NCBI GenBank assembly: GCA_034190465.1
Contig: JAXINV010000077.1
Span: 1-17,361, forward strand
DNA from: Candidatus Asbonarchaeum danakilense
GTDB lineage: Archaea > Nanohalarchaeota > Nanosalinia > Nanosalinales > Nanoanaerosalinaceae
Length of the DNA stretch: 17,361 bases
Direction of reading: 5' to 3'
The position numbers were made by a program, and so were the translations under genes. The notes under the pieces are model-generated. The model searched no databases, had not been told where the DNA came from, and worked only from the letters and a program-made list of their open reading frames with translations. This document shows, in pieces, positions 13,464 through 17,361 of this stretch (its first letter is position 1; each line of letters opens with the position of its first letter).

Positions 13464-14930
13464 ATGTCCCGGACCGGCGCCTCCATGACGATGAACGCAG
13501 TCGTCATCGGCGTCATCCTGACAGTCACCGCCGTCGGGATCATCGGCGGCCAGAGCCAGACCACTGGCAATTTCTTCGACTACATCAAGGGACAATCACA
13601 GGACCTGCAGGACCAGTGGCCTGGCAGCGACGGGCAGAACGGCAACACGAACAACAACGGTAACAACAATAACAACGACAACGACGACACAGAGGATGCG
13701 GCCGATAACGATAACCTGGGGTCGCCCATCCCCTCCAGCTCCAGCTGTACCGGCGCCTCCGAAAGCCTCAGCGCGTGCTTCGGCATCGAGCCCAACCTGT
13801 ACCAGGGACACGTCGGTAATACCGTCCCAATCGATATCGCGTTCGACAGCGGGAGCGAAGTCGACCTCAACATCGGCGGCCAGTCCGTCGGCTACACGGC
13901 CAACGTCACCGTCATCGACGGCAACGGCGACGGCCGCGTCGTCGTCATGTTCAACTCCTGGGAGGCCGGCAGGACAGGCAACGCCATCACAGCACAGGCA
14001 AGCGGCGACTCGGTCGTCCTCGAACAGGAGACCACCCTGGACTCCCGTCTCGAACCGGCAGACTATCCCCTGCAGCTGCGCAATTCCAGCGACGACAGCC
14101 TCCTGGACCTCGGCACGCTCAGCCTCCAGGACATGGAGGTCGGGCCGATGCGGGTCTACCGGATGCGTGATGACGCAAGTCCCTCCAATGTCGAACAACT
14201 CAACGACGCCATCTACGAAGGCAGCACTATCGCGAAAAGTGACAAGCTCGTGCTGAACATCACGGTCAGTAGCATCTACTCCTTCTTCAAAGGCAAGGAC
14301 GACTTCGGAGTCGGCGGTGTCCACTTCCAGGCCAAGGAACAGGACCCCGAGATGAACACCGATCCCGAGATCGTCACCAGCAACGCCCTGGACAAGGTGT
14401 TCCGTCGGCCGCTGACCTCGCGGGTCTTCCTCGTGCTCGAGACGGACACGGCTGCCTTCGCACCGAACGATGACGATGACGGCAGCGACACGTTTAAGGC
14501 CAACTTCTCGATCACCAGTACCAACGCCTACGTCAGCAGCGGGGAGATGAGGGAGGTCCGCGAGCCGTTCCACGTCGTGGATGGTCCCTCCTCCACCAGT
14601 CTCAGCCTGCCCACGAACGACGAAGGCACCCACTACGTGGAGAACAGCGCGAGCTACACGATATCAGGTAGCACCGCCTACGCCCCAGGCACCCAGCTCG
14701 CACTTTACATCCGGTCCACCCAGGGCTACCCGTACCTCCTCAACACCGGGGACGAGAACGCAAAGATGCCTGTCACGGCGGATGGGACGTTCCAGACCAC
14801 ACTCGACCTGAGCCAGCTCCAGCCCAAGGGCCCCGGCGACGAGACGACCAAGCTCCGGGTGGAGATTCGGCGGGACGGCAACGTCATCAAAGAATTCTAC
14901 CCCGTCCTCGTCCAGAACAGCGGAGGCTAG
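13464..14930 (+). CDS. Cell-surface protein: pilin-like N-terminal signal/anchor, Asn-rich linker, haloarchaeal surface-glycoprotein-like beta domains
   Basis: MSRTG-ASMTMNAVVIGVILTVTAVGIIG, poly-Asn/Asp, VGYTANVTVIDGNGDGRVVVMFN and TADGTFQTTLDLS. These resemble haloarchaeal BGTF-type surface proteins (from recall). TATA TTTTAAG at 13434-13440. Confidence 0.8.
   Translation: MSRTGASMTMNAVVIGVILTVTAVGIIGGQSQTTGNFFDYIKGQSQDLQDQWPGSDGQNGNTNNNGNNNNNDNDDTEDAADNDNLGSPIPSSSSCTGASESLSACFGIEPNLYQGHVGNTVPIDIAFDSGSEVDLNIGGQSVGYTANVTVIDGNGDGRVVVMFNSWEAGRTGNAITAQASGDSVVLEQETTLDSRLEPADYPLQLRNSSDDSLLDLGTLSLQDMEVGPMRVYRMRDDASPSNVEQLNDAIYEGSTIAKSDKLVLNITVSSIYSFFKGKDDFGVGGVHFQAKEQDPEMNTDPEIVTSNALDKVFRRPLTSRVFLVLETDTAAFAPNDDDDGSDTFKANFSITSTNAYVSSGEMREVREPFHVVDGPSSTSLSLPTNDEGTHYVENSASYTISGSTAYAPGTQLALYIRSTQGYPYLLNTGDENAKMPVTADGTFQTTLDLSQLQPKGPGDETTKLRVEIRRDGNVIKEFYPVLVQNSGG
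13638..13689 (+). repeat. Imperfect (AAC)n low-complexity repeat encoding an Asn/Asp linker
   Basis: aacggcaacacgaacaacaacggtaacaacaataacaacgacaacgacgac. Confidence 0.8.
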
Positions 14931-16372
14931 TCACGGAGCCTGTTCACGAACTCCACGTTCAGCAGCACAAAGATGGGGAGCAGTTCTAGACGTCCAGCAA
15001 GCATCACGAACGCTAACGTGAACTTGGCGACCGCTGGAAGTGTTGCCAACGTCTTCGCTGACATGAAAACCGGGCCCATCGTCCCAACAGCCGATGTCAC
15101 CACCTGGAACCCCTGGATCATCGACAGACCGGTGGACGCAACCAGGATGAAGCCCCCGGCGATGATGACCGTGATCCACAGGAAGAAGATCGCTACGATA
15201 CGCGTCAGCTCGTCCTCCTTCAACTTCCTTCCTTTCGACATGACCATGTTCATCGCGTTGTTCGGTAGGGAGAACCCACGCACCTCCCTGACCACGACCT
15301 TGAACATCACACCCAGCCGGAAGATTTTGACACCGCCCGTCGTCGAGCCCAGGCAGGCGCCCGTGAACATCAACAGGAAGAACGTCATGCGTGCGATCTC
15401 AGGGAACTCGTGGACCGGTGTCAGCTCGAAGCCCGTGGAGCTCGTCACAGAGATGACGTGGAACAGCGTCGACTTCGCGACCTCGAACAGACCCTGCCCG
15501 GAGGAAAGGAACAGGGACGCCCCGACGATGAAGCTCGCCACCGCCATCAACTTGATGTACAGCCGGAACTCGTAGTCGCGGAACAGCGAACGGATATCTC
15601 CCTGCAGCAGACGGTAGAGCAGCAGGAAGTTCGTCCCACCGGCCAGCATGAACACCGCGACCACCCCCTCGATCGCAAGCGAGTTGTACGCCGCGATCCC
15701 ACCTGCTGTATGCGTGAAACCCCCCGTCGGCATCGTAGCCATCGCGTACATCACCGCATCGAAGAACGGGACATCCAGCAGGTACAGGAACACTGTTTCC
15801 AGCGACGTGAACACGATATAGATGTACCAGAGCGTCTTGATCGCGTTGAACAACGAGGGGCGGATGGTGCCCGCGTCCGTCTTGTTCGCCTCAGCCGAGA
15901 TCAGTGAGGTCGCGGCCCCGCCCGCCTCCACGACAACCGTGACGAAGAACGTCAGGATACCGAGACCCCCGACCCACTGCATGAACGTCCGCCAGAACAG
16001 CAGCGATGTCGGTACGCCCTGGAACGACTGCATGACCGACATCCCTGTCGTCGAGAACCCTGCCATCGCCTCGAAGAACGCATCCGGGAACCCCCAGCCA
16101 AGCACCGACATGAACGGGTAGGCGCCGATCGCGACCGCGATGATCCAGCCCAGCGTCGCAGCGAACATACCCTCGATCGCATCCGGTCGGCGTCGTTCAC
16201 CGTACGTGGTGAGCAGATAACCGACCACGATCGAGATGAACGCAGCGATGATGAAGCTCTCCATCTGCACGAAACTCTCCCCGAAATATTTGCCGACCGC
16301 TACAGGAAGGAGGAGCAGCACGGAGAATATCTTGAGGAACAGTCCGACGTAATAGGAGATGACCCGGTCCAT
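14927..16372 (-). CDS. trkH: TrkH-family K+ uptake membrane protein
   Basis: FFEAMAGFSTTGMS, FWRTFMQWVGGLG, TMPTGGF, SSTGF, GACLGSTTGGVK and MLAGRLE; 481 aa, multi-TM. Confidence 0.95.
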   Translation of the reverse strand: MDRVISYYVGLFLKIFSVLLLLPVAVGKYFGESFVQMESFIIAAFISIVVGYLLTTYGERRRPDAIEGMFAATLGWIIAVAIGAYPFMSVLGWGFPDAFFEAMAGFSTTGMSVMQSFQGVPTSLLFWRTFMQWVGGLGILTFFVTVVVEAGGAATSLISAEANKTDAGTIRPSLFNAIKTLWYIYIVFTSLETVFLYLLDVPFFDAVMYAMATMPTGGFTHTAGGIAAYNSLAIEGVVAVFMLAGGTNFLLLYRLLQGDIRSLFRDYEFRLYIKLMAVASFIVGASLFLSSGQGLFEVAKSTLFHVISVTSSTGFELTPVHEFPEIARMTFFLLMFTGACLGSTTGGVKIFRLGVMFKVVVREVRGFSLPNNAMNMVMSKGRKLKEDELTRIVAIFFLWITVIIAGGFILVASTGLSMIQGFQVVTSAVGTMGPVFMSAKTLATLPAVAKFTLAFVMLAGRLELLPIFVLLNVEFVNRLRD

Positions 16373-16377
16373 GCTAC

Positions 16378-17232
16378 CTACTTCTCATGCTCGACGATAT
16401 GGTTTAAGAAGTGTGTGTTCGGGATGAGATAGGAACTGTCACCATCTCCAATCTTCGTGTACAGCGGTGTGATATGCTTGATCTCACCGCGATGGCCGTC
16501 GACCTCGATCGTCTCCCCTGCTTTGAACGTCTTCGACAGCTGGAAGTAGAACGAGACAGCGACGTTCTTCATAACACTCCAGGAAGCAAGGACAAACACA
16601 GCAACCAGACCAAGACTGAATATTGATATCATCATCGTTATAGCAAGCTGATTGAGCCCCAGGATGGCGAAGGCTGCCAGCAACGATGCGACCACACCGA
16701 TCAACTTGACGAACTGGCCGACGATACGGTACGCCGGGTACTCTGCTTCCGCCTCGTCCACCATCCGGGACATCGGTCCGGCGCGGAAGAACTTGACCGT
16801 GATGTTCTGCAGGTGGTCCGAGACCACGAACCCGAAGATAACGACGAGGAGCGCGATCAGGGCCCTTGGTGCATACGACATCACCATCTGGACATACGTC
16901 AGGAGGAACTCGACACCGAGCAGGTTGAAGATCGCGAACACGACCAGCAGATAGATCAGGTACCGGATCGTCGTCGCAATCAGATCCGACAGCGTCCCCG
17001 CATAGTCCAGCTTCCGCAGCAGCGACTGGACGCCCGACTTCACCGCCAGATCGTCCAGTGCCGTCATCTTCAGGATGCGGCGGATGACCTCCGATAGCAG
17101 GTGACCGCCGATGATACCGACCACGAAGATGACCAGGATCGAAACAATCTCAGCACGGGGAAATCCCTCGATCTCCAGGAACGTCGTCATCACCCGCCAT
17201 CCCTGGTCTAGGAACTGACCGATCATCGCCAT
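16378..17232 (-). CDS. MscS-family small mechanosensitive channel-like protein with repeated TM-helix modules
   Basis: About 6 TM helices in two similar modules, then FKAGETIEVDGHRGEIKHITPLYT...LIPNT (MscS beta-domain). The start is placed at ATG 17232 from a TATA-like CTTAAAG at 17261-17267 (-); the ORF track uses GTG 17259. Confidence 0.85.
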   Translation of the reverse strand: MAMIGQFLDQGWRVMTTFLEIEGFPRAEIVSILVIFVVGIIGGHLLSEVIRRILKMTALDDLAVKSGVQSLLRKLDYAGTLSDLIATTIRYLIYLLVVFAIFNLLGVEFLLTYVQMVMSYAPRALIALLVVIFGFVVSDHLQNITVKFFRAGPMSRMVDEAEAEYPAYRIVGQFVKLIGVVASLLAAFAILGLNQLAITMMISIFSLGLVAVFVLASWSVMKNVAVSFYFQLSKTFKAGETIEVDGHRGEIKHITPLYTKIGDGDSSYLIPNTHFLNHIVEHEK

Positions 17233-17319
17233 AGATACATTACCAATGTGCGCGGCCACACTTTAAGAATTGGGTGCGGAACGGGACAAAGCACGTCCCT
17301 ACCCCGCAGCCCGCGCAAC

Positions 17320-17329
17320 CTTTTAAAAG
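17320..17329. promoter_or_regulatory. Palindromic TATA-like element, probably for a gene beyond the window
   Basis: CTTTTAAAAG near the window end. Confidence 0.4.
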
Positions 17330-17361
17330 TTGCAGCAAAAATTCGACCACGCTCCGGGAAA

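Noticed and set aside
304..17097. Numerous long antisense/alternate-frame ORFs (e.g. 304-1065, 4412-5230, 8144-9250, 13596-14633)
   Set aside because: These are shadow ORFs expected from high GC3 codon bias, and each overlaps a better-supported gene.
1..17361. CRISPR array, transposase/integrase, inteins, rRNA
   Set aside because: No spaced direct repeats, no recombinase motifs, normal-length gltX/infB and no rRNA-like sequence seen.

Overview
This is a compact, GC-rich archaeal region with strongly acidic cytoplasmic proteins. It has TTTA(T/A)AAA TATA boxes, many apparently leaderless genes, and (G)AGGTGA ribosome-binding sites. These features fit an extreme halophile, and my inference is a DPANN/Nanohaloarchaeota-like lineage. 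Housekeeping genes: RNase J, glutamyl-tRNA synthetase, rpl7ae-rps28e-rpl24e, aIF5B (infB), a membrane-anchored Lon-like S16 protease, TrkA, TrkH and an MscS-like channel. Accessory genes: a DUF835-type membrane protein, a Gln-rich coiled-coil protein, a HAD hydrolase, a C2H2 Zn-finger protein, a stand-alone AglB/STT3 C-terminal (WWDYG) domain, and a surface protein that interrupts the trk cluster. The most unusual part is about 520 nt of non-coding, heavily structured sequence (6372-6887) where ndk usually lies between rpl24e and infB. It has its own TATA box and a pyrimidine-rich end. In order it contains a 30-codon leader ORF overlapping mutually exclusive helices, a 148-nt tRNA-like element (perfect acceptor stem, D-stem and T-arm, but 95 nt in place of the anticodon/variable region), a strong SD followed by an AUG-UAG start-stop, and a second two-state hairpin domain. 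I also see a kink-turn covering the SD of rpl7ae, matching known L7Ae autoregulation. All family assignments are from motif recognition by eye; no searches were run.
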